Assembly: GCA_041746975.1 (NCBI GenBank)
Contig: JBGTGB010000058.1
Location: forward strand, 3,855 to 67,854
Origin: Haliea sp.
GTDB lineage: Bacteria; Pseudomonadota; Gammaproteobacteria; Pseudomonadales; Halieaceae
Direction: 5' to 3'
Length of the DNA: 64,000 nt
How positions within the stretch are numbered: the first letter of the stretch is position 1; each line of letters opens with the position of its first letter. Below, piece after piece: positions 43,550 through 52,763 of the stretch. The position numbers and the translations under genes are program-made. The notes beneath the pieces were generated by a model. The model worked only from the letters and a program-made list of their open reading frames with translations. It had not been told where the DNA came from and did no database searches.

Positions 43550-46261
43550 TCAGGCCACCGAGCGCTGCTTGAGTGGGCCGATGGGCGCCGGCAGGTCAAG
43601 ATTTCGCAGGTATTCATCCATGATTGCACTGCCCTCATAGTCGGCGGCGCGAGCACGGGCGCCGGCCCGCAGCGCCGCGTGTCGTCCCGGTTTCTGAAAG
43701 TGAGCCACTATGTGGGCGGCGAACTCCTCCTCGTCCGCAGCCAGATAACCGCTCACGCCAGGCTGGATAATGTCCGCGGGTCCTTTTGTGGCATAGGCGA
43801 CAGCCGGCATGCCGTGAGCAAAAGCTTCCAGTAAAACGTTGCCGAAGGTATCGAAACGCGAGGGGAATACGAACAGGTCCAGGCCCTGGTACAGCTGGGC
43901 GAGTCGGGCATGATCGGTCCAGCCAAGAAACACGGCGTCCGGCAGTTGTGCCCGCAAAGCATCTTCCTCCGGTCCTGAGCCCGCGATTACCAGGCGCAGG
44001 TCCGGCAGTGACTGCCGCGCCCGATCGAGAATTCGCGGTAGATCGCGCAGGCCCTTTTCCTGGCTGAGGCGGCAGGCGATGAACAGCACGGGCGTCTCCG
44101 CGTCAGCGTCGGCAAAAAGTTCCCGCTTTTCCACTGGCACGCTGTTCGCAATGGCCTCAGGTGCCTGATGCGCGGTAAGAAACACCTGCATAGGATCGAG
44201 CTCCATTTCGTGGCCGGTCAGCCAGCGTTTGTGCTCGGTGTTCAGCACAAAAACACCGTCGAACTGCTGGTATAGCAGGCGCAGCAGGCGCCGAATACGG
44301 TCGCGTTCGTGGGGCGTGGCGTCGGTCGTTGACTTGATGTATTCGAGCCAGTCGGTGTGCATGAAAAAGTAGCAGGGCACGTTGAACATGTACTTGAGAA
44401 ACAGCGCGACCAGTACCATGGGGCCCTCGGTCGAGCAGATCACGCGATCGTAACCACCTTCATAGAATGCGCGGGCAATCTGCAGCAGATCGGGAATCCT
44501 GAGCTGCTGGCCGCCGGTGTCGGGCAGGGTGTAGCTCCCCAGCGGTCTGAACACCAGCAGGTGATCCTCTGCCTCTCGCTCGTCGTCACAGACCAGCAGG
44601 TCGATGGGCAGATCTCTCTGCTGAATCTGGCGCAGCTTTCCGGTCAGGGAATTGGACACGCCGTTGCGGTCAAACAACGTATCGGTAAGATGCAGGGCGC
44701 GGCAATTGTGGCTGTTGCTACCCAGTTGTCGGGCAAAGTCGTTGAGAAACTGCCGATTCTGATAGAGTAAACGTGTACTTGCGACAGTGGCGCCAGCGAG
44801 AACCGCCGAGATCATCAGCGGAAAGGATATGCCGTCCAGCAAGTCCGTGACCTTGCGCCCACTGGTGTGGCGGTGTGGATTGTCACCACCGAATACCAGG
44901 GCGCTCAGCTGGGCAGGGATCTCGAAATTGCGCGTCAGCTCTTCGGTAGAAAACCGCAGGGCCTGATTGTCAGAGGTCAGCAGCCCGGATTTCTCAACCT
45001 TCGCCAGCATCAGGCGATTAAGATCGGTAAACAGCTCACCGATAGACTCGTTGACTGTCGCTACGAATTCTTCCGGCGTCCCTTGCTTGCTCGCCGCGAT
45101 CCGCTGCAGATGGTTGAGGCAGAAGCGGTATTTCTTCGCCACTTTCCACTTCAGCATGCGGTTGGGTTTCTTGCCCTGGAGGGCGTCGTGGACAAACTCG
45201 AAGAACTTGCGGGCGTGCTTCTTCTTCTGTAGTTCGAGCATGGCGTTGCTGATTGCGAGGCAGGCGAGTTTGTCGCTGGTTTCACCGCGGTGCAGGAGAA
45301 TACGCAGCAGGCCTGGATCCTGAATGCGGGTGGCTACCTGAGCAAAGTAATCAAGCAGTGCGATATTGAGCTTCTGGTTCTCGCCTACGTGGCCAAATGG
45401 CGCGATGCGCCCTTCACGGATGGCTTCCAAGGCCAGCGCTGAGGGCTTTTCCTGGAGCAGGCGTTGCTGCAGGTCAGGTACCTGCAGAAAAGAGCCGCAC
45501 TGTCCGGCAAATATTCCCATGTGATCGTCCGAGCCACCGGTAAGAACCTTCGGACTCTCCGCATTCACACCGAAATCGGCGGGATTCAACCGGTGCTTGC
45601 GTCCCCAGGCCTGCATCTTTTCTGGAGTGATGCTGCGGGCCCAGTTGAGTGTCAGCGTCGACTGCCAGAGGTCGCGCTGCCCATTCAGGACCTCGACTCG
45701 CTGGAACAACAGCGCCAGCAGTTCAAAGACGGTGGGATCGACCTTGCCGGTGTGGGCATACAAAAACAGGGGGTGCGGCAGGATAACCGGAAGGTCATGC
45801 TCGGCAGCGTAGCGGAGAAACTGATAAACATCGCGCCGATGGCGGTTGAGAATTTCTTCCTGGGCTGGACTGAAACCATAAGTCAGAACATGCACGAACA
45901 GGTCACGATCGGGAAAGTGACAGGTGAATTCGGCACCTACCAGCACATCCTCCCCCTTGTCCAACAGCTGCCAGCAGGACCGCGCATTGTTGTGGTTGGT
46001 CACCGTAATAACATCGCTGCCGTGCTGGCGCAGGCATTTCACCAGTTTCTTGCTTTCCAGCCAGGTCTCGGGCAGGCGCAGTATCCGCCCCCATAGTTCA
46101 TCCGGTTGGTCGCTGTTCAGGTCGTGGCAGTGCAGATCGATCCGGAGTCGATCCTCCGCCGCAAAGCGCGTCTCCTCCTGCTCCAGGAAGCTATTGAAGC
46201 CGTTCGCGAGCGAAGGGCGGAAGTCTGCCTGGCGGGCGCGATCAAGCTGGGTAACAGTCAT
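43550..46261 (-). CDS. PHP-domain phosphoesterase fused to GT4 glycosyltransferase
   Basis: N-terminal DLHCH, TNHN, GAEF, HVL, PHP, GGSDDH; C-terminal TDTLFDRNGVS, STEGP, HTDW, RLSQEKGL, FPSRFDTFGNVLLEA; ATGA overlap with upstream gene fixes the start at 46261. Confidence 0.85.
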   Translation of the reverse strand: MTVTQLDRARQADFRPSLANGFNSFLEQEETRFAAEDRLRIDLHCHDLNSDQPDELWGRILRLPETWLESKKLVKCLRQHGSDVITVTNHNNARSCWQLLDKGEDVLVGAEFTCHFPDRDLFVHVLTYGFSPAQEEILNRHRRDVYQFLRYAAEHDLPVILPHPLFLYAHTGKVDPTVFELLALLFQRVEVLNGQRDLWQSTLTLNWARSITPEKMQAWGRKHRLNPADFGVNAESPKVLTGGSDDHMGIFAGQCGSFLQVPDLQQRLLQEKPSALALEAIREGRIAPFGHVGENQKLNIALLDYFAQVATRIQDPGLLRILLHRGETSDKLACLAISNAMLELQKKKHARKFFEFVHDALQGKKPNRMLKWKVAKKYRFCLNHLQRIAASKQGTPEEFVATVNESIGELFTDLNRLMLAKVEKSGLLTSDNQALRFSTEELTRNFEIPAQLSALVFGGDNPHRHTSGRKVTDLLDGISFPLMISAVLAGATVASTRLLYQNRQFLNDFARQLGSNSHNCRALHLTDTLFDRNGVSNSLTGKLRQIQQRDLPIDLLVCDDEREAEDHLLVFRPLGSYTLPDTGGQQLRIPDLLQIARAFYEGGYDRVICSTEGPMVLVALFLKYMFNVPCYFFMHTDWLEYIKSTTDATPHERDRIRRLLRLLYQQFDGVFVLNTEHKRWLTGHEMELDPMQVFLTAHQAPEAIANSVPVEKRELFADADAETPVLFIACRLSQEKGLRDLPRILDRARQSLPDLRLVIAGSGPEEDALRAQLPDAVFLGWTDHARLAQLYQGLDLFVFPSRFDTFGNVLLEAFAHGMPAVAYATKGPADIIQPGVSGYLAADEEEFAAHIVAHFQKPGRHAALRAGARARAADYEGSAIMDEYLRNLDLPAPIGPLKQRSVA

Positions 46262-47979
46262 GGTGTTCTCCCGGTGATGGCGTCGATAGTGTCGGTCGCT
46301 ATGGGTGAGTGACCGGCGACTGGCTGCAGGCCAAATCTGGCTCGCAACATTTCTGTGACCAGTTGGCGTTGTATCTCGCGGTGGGTGAGCTGCTCTGACT
46401 GCCACCACCAGCCGTCCATGGCCATTTGCCGGGCCGCATCGAGAAAGCGTTGCACGACTGCGGAGAAGTCATCGTCGGAGTAGTTGAGGCTCATGATCAG
46501 GCGGCCACTGCCGACCCAGGAGAGCTCCAGACCCTGATCGCGCAGGTAGAACTGGAACATCCAGTTGTAGCGGGAGGGCACCGTGTAGAGGACGGTCCAG
46601 ATACTGTGCATATTGGCGACTCGCACAGGGAGTTGCGCCCTGGTAAGCTGATCGTTCAGCTGCCTCGCGCGCGCATTCCAGAGTGTATCCGCGTCCCGGT
46701 ACAGGGCCTGGTAGTAAGGTTCTTCCACACGCTGCAGAAAAACGTTCATTGCGGCCATGACATAGGGATGGGAATTGAAAGTGCCGCGTGCAAAGGCGAT
46801 GTTTGCCGGCTGTTCTTCCTTGAAGCGCTTCATCAACTGACGGCGACCGCACAGTACACCCACGGGCAGGCCACCGCCCAGGGTTTTGCCGTAGGTGACC
46901 ATATCGGCCTGGATGCCGAAGTACTCCTGGGCGCCGCGATGGGCAAGCCGAAAGCCGGTGAAGACCTCATCGAAGATCAGGACGATACCGCGGCGGGTAC
47001 AGACCTCGCGTATCAGCTGCAGCCAGTGGGTGTAGGTGCTGCGGTCAAAATGGGCGCTGCGGCCGCTGCTCACCAGAGTGGCATCGCCGGCTGCATCCGC
47101 GTTGGGGTGCAGGGCCTGCAGCGGGTTGATCAGCACGCAGGCGATGTTCTTGCGGGTCTCCAGCACCTTGAGCGTACGCTCGCTCAAGTCGCACAATGTG
47201 TACACGTCGCTGGTCTTGCGCTGATTGCCGACACCCGGCTGCACACCGTCCCACCAGCCATGGTAGGCGCCGCAAAGCCGGACCAGGTGTGAACGGCCGG
47301 TGTGATAGCGGGCAAGGCGTACGGCCTGCATTACTGCCTCCGTGCCGGACATATGGAAGGACACTTCATCCAGTCCCGATAGGGCCTGCAAGCGTTCTAC
47401 ATTGTCCCGGATTACCGGATGGTAGGGGCCGAGCACTGGTCCCAGCGGACCCGCTATGCGCGTGGCTTCCGCAAGGCAGTCCTTGTAGAAATCGTAACCG
47501 AAGACGTTAACGCCGTAGGAGCCCGACAGATCGTAGCGCCAGTTGCCGTCAATATCCCGGAGGCGAACTCCGTCGCTGCAGTCAACGACGGAGCCTTGGC
47601 GCAGCGCTTTCGCCAGACCATTCCGATAGGGAAAGGGCACCCGGTAGGCACTGGTGAAGCTCACATCGGAGATACTGCTGTCGAGCGTTGCGCCGAACTC
47701 CAGGCTCTTGGGGGAGCGCGCCTGCAGCTGACGGATTAACCTGCCAAAACCGGCTCGACGCTGCTCAGCAACCTCAGAAGGCGCTCCGTCACTGTTGAAG
47801 TAGCGTTCAGGACCAAAGCTGTAATAGGGAACCAGACGGGAGATCCGGCGTGACCATTTGGCGTGGCCACGCAGGGAGGGGTGTTTTGCCAGAGACAGAC
47901 GCAGCCTGTTCCAGAGGAGGTAAATGAATACCAGCATGGCTGGTACCAGCAGGAGATAAGTTTCAATACCGTTGAGCAT
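46258..47979 (-). CDS. Class III aminotransferase (glutamate-1-semialdehyde aminomutase-like) with N-terminal membrane anchor
   Basis: SGTEAVMQAVRLAR, GAYHGW, LIFDEVFTGFR, TYGKTLGGGLPVG (PLP Lys), GTFNSHP; hydrophobic YLLLVPAMLVFIYLLW. Confidence 0.85.
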   Translation of the reverse strand: MLNGIETYLLLVPAMLVFIYLLWNRLRLSLAKHPSLRGHAKWSRRISRLVPYYSFGPERYFNSDGAPSEVAEQRRAGFGRLIRQLQARSPKSLEFGATLDSSISDVSFTSAYRVPFPYRNGLAKALRQGSVVDCSDGVRLRDIDGNWRYDLSGSYGVNVFGYDFYKDCLAEATRIAGPLGPVLGPYHPVIRDNVERLQALSGLDEVSFHMSGTEAVMQAVRLARYHTGRSHLVRLCGAYHGWWDGVQPGVGNQRKTSDVYTLCDLSERTLKVLETRKNIACVLINPLQALHPNADAAGDATLVSSGRSAHFDRSTYTHWLQLIREVCTRRGIVLIFDEVFTGFRLAHRGAQEYFGIQADMVTYGKTLGGGLPVGVLCGRRQLMKRFKEEQPANIAFARGTFNSHPYVMAAMNVFLQRVEEPYYQALYRDADTLWNARARQLNDQLTRAQLPVRVANMHSIWTVLYTVPSRYNWMFQFYLRDQGLELSWVGSGRLIMSLNYSDDDFSAVVQRFLDAARQMAMDGWWWQSEQLTHREIQRQLVTEMLRARFGLQPVAGHSPIATDTIDAITGRTP

Positions 47980-48049
47980 GGGCTTCCCGCGCCGTGGCAA
48001 CCACGCATGACGCAGCTACCGTTGGTTTGGTCCACAATGCACCGGTTTG

Positions 48050-48089
48050 ATTGCAGTGTTCTTACAGTTTCGGGAAGCTTTTGTTGCAG
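48050..48089 (-). promoter_or_regulatory. Pho-box-like 11-bp periodic array (OmpR/PhoB-family site)
   Basis: Minus strand CTGCAAC-AAAA-GCTTCCC-GAAA-CTGTAAG-AACA-CTGCAAT, about 70 bp upstream of the operon start. Confidence 0.55.
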
Positions 48090-48123
48090 TGAGAGGGCCC
48101 GCGTCGGACGCAGGCCGCCGCGA

Positions 48124-49401
48124 TCAGCCTTTGCTGGCAGCCAGCGCCTGCTCGATATCGGCGATGATATCGTCGATGTGCTCGATACCAACCGAGATGC
48201 GCACCATGTCGTCACTGACACCCGCTGCTGCGAGCTCCTCGGGATTAAGCTGGCGATGGGTGGTGCTCGCCGGATGGCAGGCGAGAGATTTGGCGTCGCC
48301 GATATTGACCAGACGCAGGATCAATCGCAGCGCATCGATAAAGCGCCCGCCCGCATCGTGACCACCGTCAATGCCGAAGCTGAGAATACCTGAGGCCTTG
48401 CCACCACAGATTTTCTCGCAGGTTTCCCGAAAGGGGCTGTCCTTGAGGCCGGCGTAATTTACCCAGCGCACCTGCGGGTGCTGGTGCAGATACTGCGCAA
48501 CTTTTTCCGCATTGCTGCAATGGCGTTCCATGCGCAGGTCCAGAGTCTCCAGACCCTGCATCAGCAGGAACGCGCTGTGTGGCGAAAGCGCGGCCCCGGT
48601 GTTGCGCAGGGGCGCCACCCGGCAGCGGCCAATAAATGCAGCGGGCCCCATGGCCTGGGTGTAGACCACGCCGTGGTAGGACGGGTCCGGTGTATTCATA
48701 ATTGCAAAGCGCTCGGTGTGTGCTGCCCAGTCAAATTTGCCGGAATCGACGATGGCGCCGCCAATCGTGGTGCCGTGGCCGCCGATGTACTTGGTCAGGG
48801 AATGCACCACGATATCGGCGCCGTGGTCAAAGGCCCGGCACAACAGCGGGGTAGCGACGGTATTGTCGACAATCAGGGGCACGCCCCCGGCATGGGCGAT
48901 TTCCGCCCAGCGGTCGATATCCACCACGTTTCCTGCCGGGTTGCCGATGGATTCGCAGAACAGGGCCCGGGTGTTCTCGTCTATAAGCGACGCGACACGT
49001 TCGAAGTCGTCGGCCTTGGCAAAGCGGGTCTCGATACCCTGGCGCGGGAATGTATGGGCAAAGAGGTTGTAGGTACCGCCATAGAGTTGCGAGGTGCTGA
49101 CGATATTGGTACCCACTTCGGCGATGGCCTCGATCGCATAGCGGATCGCCGCCATGCCCGAGGCCACGGCCAGGGCGCCAATTCCGCCTTCCAGCGCCGT
49201 CAGGCGTGCCTCCAGCACCGCATTGGTGGGGTTCATGATGCGGCTGTAAATGTTTCCCGGCACCTTGAGGTCGAACAGGTCGGCACCGTGCTGGGTATCA
49301 TTGAAGGTGTAGGAGGTGGTCTGGTAGATGGGAGTGGTGGCGGCGTTGGTCGCCGGGTCGCCATCGTAGCCCGCGTGCAGGGCGATAGTTGCTGGTTTCA
49401 T
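48124..49401 (-). CDS. metY: O-acetylhomoserine aminocarboxypropyltransferase / sulfhydrylase
   Basis: PIYQTTSY, IYSRIMNPT, VASGMAA, DNTVATP, HSLTKYIGGHG (PLP Lys), LVNIGDAKSL. Confidence 0.92.
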   Translation of the reverse strand: MKPATIALHAGYDGDPATNAATTPIYQTTSYTFNDTQHGADLFDLKVPGNIYSRIMNPTNAVLEARLTALEGGIGALAVASGMAAIRYAIEAIAEVGTNIVSTSQLYGGTYNLFAHTFPRQGIETRFAKADDFERVASLIDENTRALFCESIGNPAGNVVDIDRWAEIAHAGGVPLIVDNTVATPLLCRAFDHGADIVVHSLTKYIGGHGTTIGGAIVDSGKFDWAAHTERFAIMNTPDPSYHGVVYTQAMGPAAFIGRCRVAPLRNTGAALSPHSAFLLMQGLETLDLRMERHCSNAEKVAQYLHQHPQVRWVNYAGLKDSPFRETCEKICGGKASGILSFGIDGGHDAGGRFIDALRLILRLVNIGDAKSLACHPASTTHRQLNPEELAAAGVSDDMVRISVGIEHIDDIIADIEQALAASKG

Positions 49402-49423
49402 GGTGTCGATCCGCTGTGGGTGT

Positions 49424-49432
49424 ATTCTACCA
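49424..49432 (-). promoter_or_regulatory. Extended -10 element (TGGTAGAAT) for metY
   Basis: TGn-TAGAAT on the minus strand 22 bp upstream of the ATG. Confidence 0.45.
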
Positions 49433-49553
49433 GCGAGGGAGCGTACCAGACCCGCAGGGGATGGCAAGGTCGGGCCGCCCAAGTCGCGCCTCTCGACTTG
49501 CTGTCTGCGCTGAAGAGTATAGAGTTACGGTATAACATTGAGGGGAAGCAATC

Positions 49554-50042
49554 ATGAAGTTGACGATAAACGGCAAGCAGACAGAAATTGACGCAGAGCC
49601 CGACATGCCCCTGCTGTGGGCATTGCGTGACCTCCTTGGCCTGCGCGGCACCAAGTACGGCTGCGGCAAGGGACTTTGCGGCGCCTGTACGGTGCACCTG
49701 GATGGCCAGCCGCGGCGCAGCTGCCAGCTGACGGTGGCGGACGCTGCGAAGGGCAAGGTAACGACCATAGAGGGATTGTCAGCCGATGGCTCCCATCCAC
49801 TGCAGCAAGCCTGGCGCGAGTTCAATGTCCCCCAATGTGGCTACTGCCAGTCCGGCCAGTTAATGAGCGCCAGCGCGCTGCTGGCGAATAACTCCTCGCC
49901 ATCGGACGAGGAAATCAACAGTGCGATGGCGGGCAACCTGTGTCGTTGCGGGACTTATCCGCGAATCCGCACAGCGATCAAAAGTACCTTCACGGACGCC
50001 GCTGCCATTGCCCAGGCAGTAACAAGGGAGGACACGGTATGA
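49554..50042 (+). CDS. iorA: (2Fe-2S) subunit of isoquinoline 1-oxidoreductase-type molybdoenzyme
   Basis: [34 protein letters not shown]; family-level name. Confidence 0.9.
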   Translation: MKLTINGKQTEIDAEPDMPLLWALRDLLGLRGTKYGCGKGLCGACTVHLDGQPRRSCQLTVADAAKGKVTTIEGLSADGSHPLQQAWREFNVPQCGYCQSGQLMSASALLANNSSPSDEEINSAMAGNLCRCGTYPRIRTAIKSTFTDAAAIAQAVTREDTV

Positions 50043-52285
50043 GTGCTCTCAGCGTAGTTTCCAGACGCCGTTTCCTGCAGCTCACCGGTCTTGCGGCCAG
50101 CGGTCTGGTACTGGGTGCGGTTGCTCCTCGCAATCTGGCTCTGGCCGGTATTCTCGATGAGGCCCAGGGGTCACAGCTCAACCTGTTTGTCAGCGTGGCC
50201 ACCGATGGCACTGTGGAGATCATTGCCCATCGCTCCGAGATGGGCACCGGCATTCGCACCAGCCTGCCGCAGGTGGTAGCGGATGAAATGGAGGCAGACT
50301 GGCAGCGGGTCAAGGTAATCCAGGCCCATGCAGACGCCCGCTATGGCAGCCAGAACACCGACGGCTCCCGCTCCGTGCGCGACTTCTACCAGGTCATGCG
50401 GCAGATGGGAGCCGCGGCACGGACCCTGCTTGAGCAAGCTGCGGCCGCTGTTTGGGAAGTGCCGGTCGAGGAGTGCACAGCGCGCGAGCACGCGGTACAC
50501 CACAGCGGCGGCAAGAGCCTCGGCTTCGGTGAGCTGGCGGCGAAAGCCGCAGACCAACCCCTGCCGGAATTGGAGACCCTGCGCCTTAAGGATCCGGCGG
50601 ATTTCCGCTATATCGGCAAGGATGTGCCGATTGTCGACCTGCAGGACATGACCACCGGCAATACCACCTACGGCATTGATGTGCACGTCCCCGGAATGCT
50701 CTACGCCAGCATCGAGCGCACTCCCTGGCTGCAGGGCCGTATCGCTTCCTACGATTCTTCCGCCGCACTGGAAGTGAGCGGTGTGCTGGACGTGGTTGAG
50801 CTTAAAGCGGTTGATGGAGCGCCGGGCTTCAACCCCATCGAGGGCGTTGCCGTAATTGCGACCAATAACTACAGCGCGCTCAAGGGGCGGGCGGCGCTGA
50901 AGGTGCGCTGGCGCAAGAGCGACCATAGCAGCCACAACGCGGACGCCTACCTCGATCAGCTGGTGGCACGGGTTGAGGGTGGCGCGGGTGAAGTGCGGCG
51001 TCAGCGAGGCGATGTAGACAGCGCCCTGGCAAACGCAGCGACGCTCCTTGAGGCGACCTATCGGACCCCCTACCTGGCTCATGCCTCCATGGAGCCGCCG
51101 GTGGCGACCGCGCGGGTTACAGATGAGGGCTGTGAAATCTGGGCCTGCACCCAGACGCCGCAGGCTACCCAGCAGGCCGTTGCGGATACGCTTGAGCTGG
51201 ACCCCTCTGCCGTTACGGTACACGTAACGCTGTTGGGCGGTGGCTTCGGACGCAAGTCCAAGCCGGACTTCTCGGTAGAAGCGGCCAGGCTCGCTTCCCA
51301 CGTTGGCAAACCGGTGCAGGTGGTCTGGAGTCGCGAGGATGATATCCGTCACGATTACTTTCACTCCTGCAGCGCCCAGCACTTTAAAGCTGCGCTGGAT
51401 GAAGCCGGCACGGTGACTGCGTGGCTGGGACGGGAAGCTTCGCCTCCGATTGCTGCCACCTTCGATACCAGCGTGCGGAGGAATGGCGCTGGCGGCTTGT
51501 CCCAGAGCTTTGCCAGCGTGCCCTTCGCGGTACCCAACCTGCGCATGGAAAGTCACGAGGCTCCCGCCCATGTGCGTATCGGCTGGCTGCGCGCTGTTTA
51601 TAATGTTCCTTTTGCGTTCGGGGTTGGCAGCTTTGTCGACGAGCTGGCACATGCTGCCGGTCGCGACCCGGCCGAGTTCTGGCTGCAGCTTATCGGCGAG
51701 GACCGCCTGTTGGATTTCAGTGCCGAGGGTTTCGAGTACAGCAACTATGGGCGCTCCCTTGCGGAGTATCCCTTTGCCACGGCGCGTACCAAGGGCGTGA
51801 TCCGTGAGCTGGTGGCCTCCATCCCCTGGGGTGAAGAGTTACCGGAAGGGCAGGGTTGGGGGCTCTCGGTGGCCAACAGTTTCCTCAGCGATGTCGCAGT
51901 CGCCAGCAAGGTGGAAGTGAGAGACGGTCGCTTGCGGGTCCTGGAACTGCACGGCGTCATCGATGCCGGCCGTGTGATCAACCCGGATCGCGTCCACGCG
52001 CAGATGGAGGGTGGCATGATTTTTGGCCTGAGCCTGGCCCTGAACGGCGAGATCACCTTCGACGGCGGTGAGGCGCAGCAGTCCAACTTCCACGACTATC
52101 CCATCGCGCGCATGGACCAGGTCCCCGGTGTGATCCGCAGCCACATCATAAAGAGTGACGCGGCCCCAACCGGGGTTGGAGAGCCCCCCACGCCGCCCAC
52201 CGCGCCCGCCATCGCCAACGCGGTCTTTGCCGCTACCGGCAAGCGCATTCGGGAGCTGCCCCTGGGTAAGCACTTCAATGTGTGA
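50039..52285 (+). CDS. iorB: Molybdopterin-binding subunit, IorB/xanthine dehydrogenase family, Tat signal
   Basis: SRRRFLQ Tat motif, [40 protein letters not shown]; family-level name. Confidence 0.9.
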   Translation: MSALSVVSRRRFLQLTGLAASGLVLGAVAPRNLALAGILDEAQGSQLNLFVSVATDGTVEIIAHRSEMGTGIRTSLPQVVADEMEADWQRVKVIQAHADARYGSQNTDGSRSVRDFYQVMRQMGAAARTLLEQAAAAVWEVPVEECTAREHAVHHSGGKSLGFGELAAKAADQPLPELETLRLKDPADFRYIGKDVPIVDLQDMTTGNTTYGIDVHVPGMLYASIERTPWLQGRIASYDSSAALEVSGVLDVVELKAVDGAPGFNPIEGVAVIATNNYSALKGRAALKVRWRKSDHSSHNADAYLDQLVARVEGGAGEVRRQRGDVDSALANAATLLEATYRTPYLAHASMEPPVATARVTDEGCEIWACTQTPQATQQAVADTLELDPSAVTVHVTLLGGGFGRKSKPDFSVEAARLASHVGKPVQVVWSREDDIRHDYFHSCSAQHFKAALDEAGTVTAWLGREASPPIAATFDTSVRRNGAGGLSQSFASVPFAVPNLRMESHEAPAHVRIGWLRAVYNVPFAFGVGSFVDELAHAAGRDPAEFWLQLIGEDRLLDFSAEGFEYSNYGRSLAEYPFATARTKGVIRELVASIPWGEELPEGQGWGLSVANSFLSDVAVASKVEVRDGRLRVLELHGVIDAGRVINPDRVHAQMEGGMIFGLSLALNGEITFDGGEAQQSNFHDYPIARMDQVPGVIRSHIIKSDAAPTGVGEPPTPPTAPAIANAVFAATGKRIRELPLGKHFNV

Positions 52286-52304
52286 GCTGGGGACAGTGAT
52301 TTGC

Positions 52305-52763
52305 TCAGTTTGCTGCGACCAGCATCACCCCAAGCAGCATCATGATGGTGCCTGCTAGCCTGGGCGGTGAGAGGGGAATTTTCGGGTATCCAAGCCAGCC
52401 TTTCCGGTCCAGCAGCAGCGCTGCGATCACCTGACCGCAGATAAGGGTAATCGCAAGCGTCAACGCGCCGAGTCTGGGCGCCAGGAAAATCGCCATGGTG
52501 ACGATGAACGCTCCGAAGACGCCGCCCAGCCATGCCCACCAGGGGGTGGTCGCGAACGCGCCGGTCCTGAACCACACCCAGCCGCGGGTCATGGCGATTA
52601 GCCCCAGGGTGCAGGTCCCCAGCAGAAACGAAACGAGCGCCGCCTGCACCGGAGAGGCGAGGTGGGTGCGCAACTCGGCATTGATGCCAGCCTGGGAGGC
52701 GAGAGAGCAGCCGACGGCAATGCTGCACGCCAACAGGAGATACTTGCCGGGCGAATTATGCAT
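52305..52763 (-). CDS. DMT family transporter (YdcZ/DUF606-like)
   Basis: QAGINAEL, ALVSFLLG, PWWAWLGG, LAPRLGA, GQVIAALLLD. Confidence 0.85.
   Translation of the reverse strand: MHNSPGKYLLLACSIAVGCSLASQAGINAELRTHLASPVQAALVSFLLGTCTLGLIAMTRGWVWFRTGAFATTPWWAWLGGVFGAFIVTMAIFLAPRLGALTLAITLICGQVIAALLLDRKGWLGYPKIPLSPPRLAGTIMMLLGVMLVAAN

Noticed and set aside
46261-46408. N-terminal extensions given by the ORF track (also 3534, 11296, 22159, 30451, 37994, 49482, 49940, 61111, 60993, 63010, 63780)
   Set aside because: Downstream starts have RBSs or stop/start overlaps and match the domain boundaries; the extensions run into neighbouring genes or promoters
48040-48072. Sigma-E-like promoter (GAAACT...TCAAA) for the lipid operon
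   Set aside because: Spacer is 15 bp and the -35 is imperfect; the 11-bp repeat model explains the same bases better
49402-49553. Possible SAM/SAH riboswitch upstream of metY, including hairpin CAAGTCG-N7-CGACTTG at 49480-49500
   Set aside because: No riboswitch consensus recognised; an extended -10 just 22 bp from the ATG leaves too short a leader
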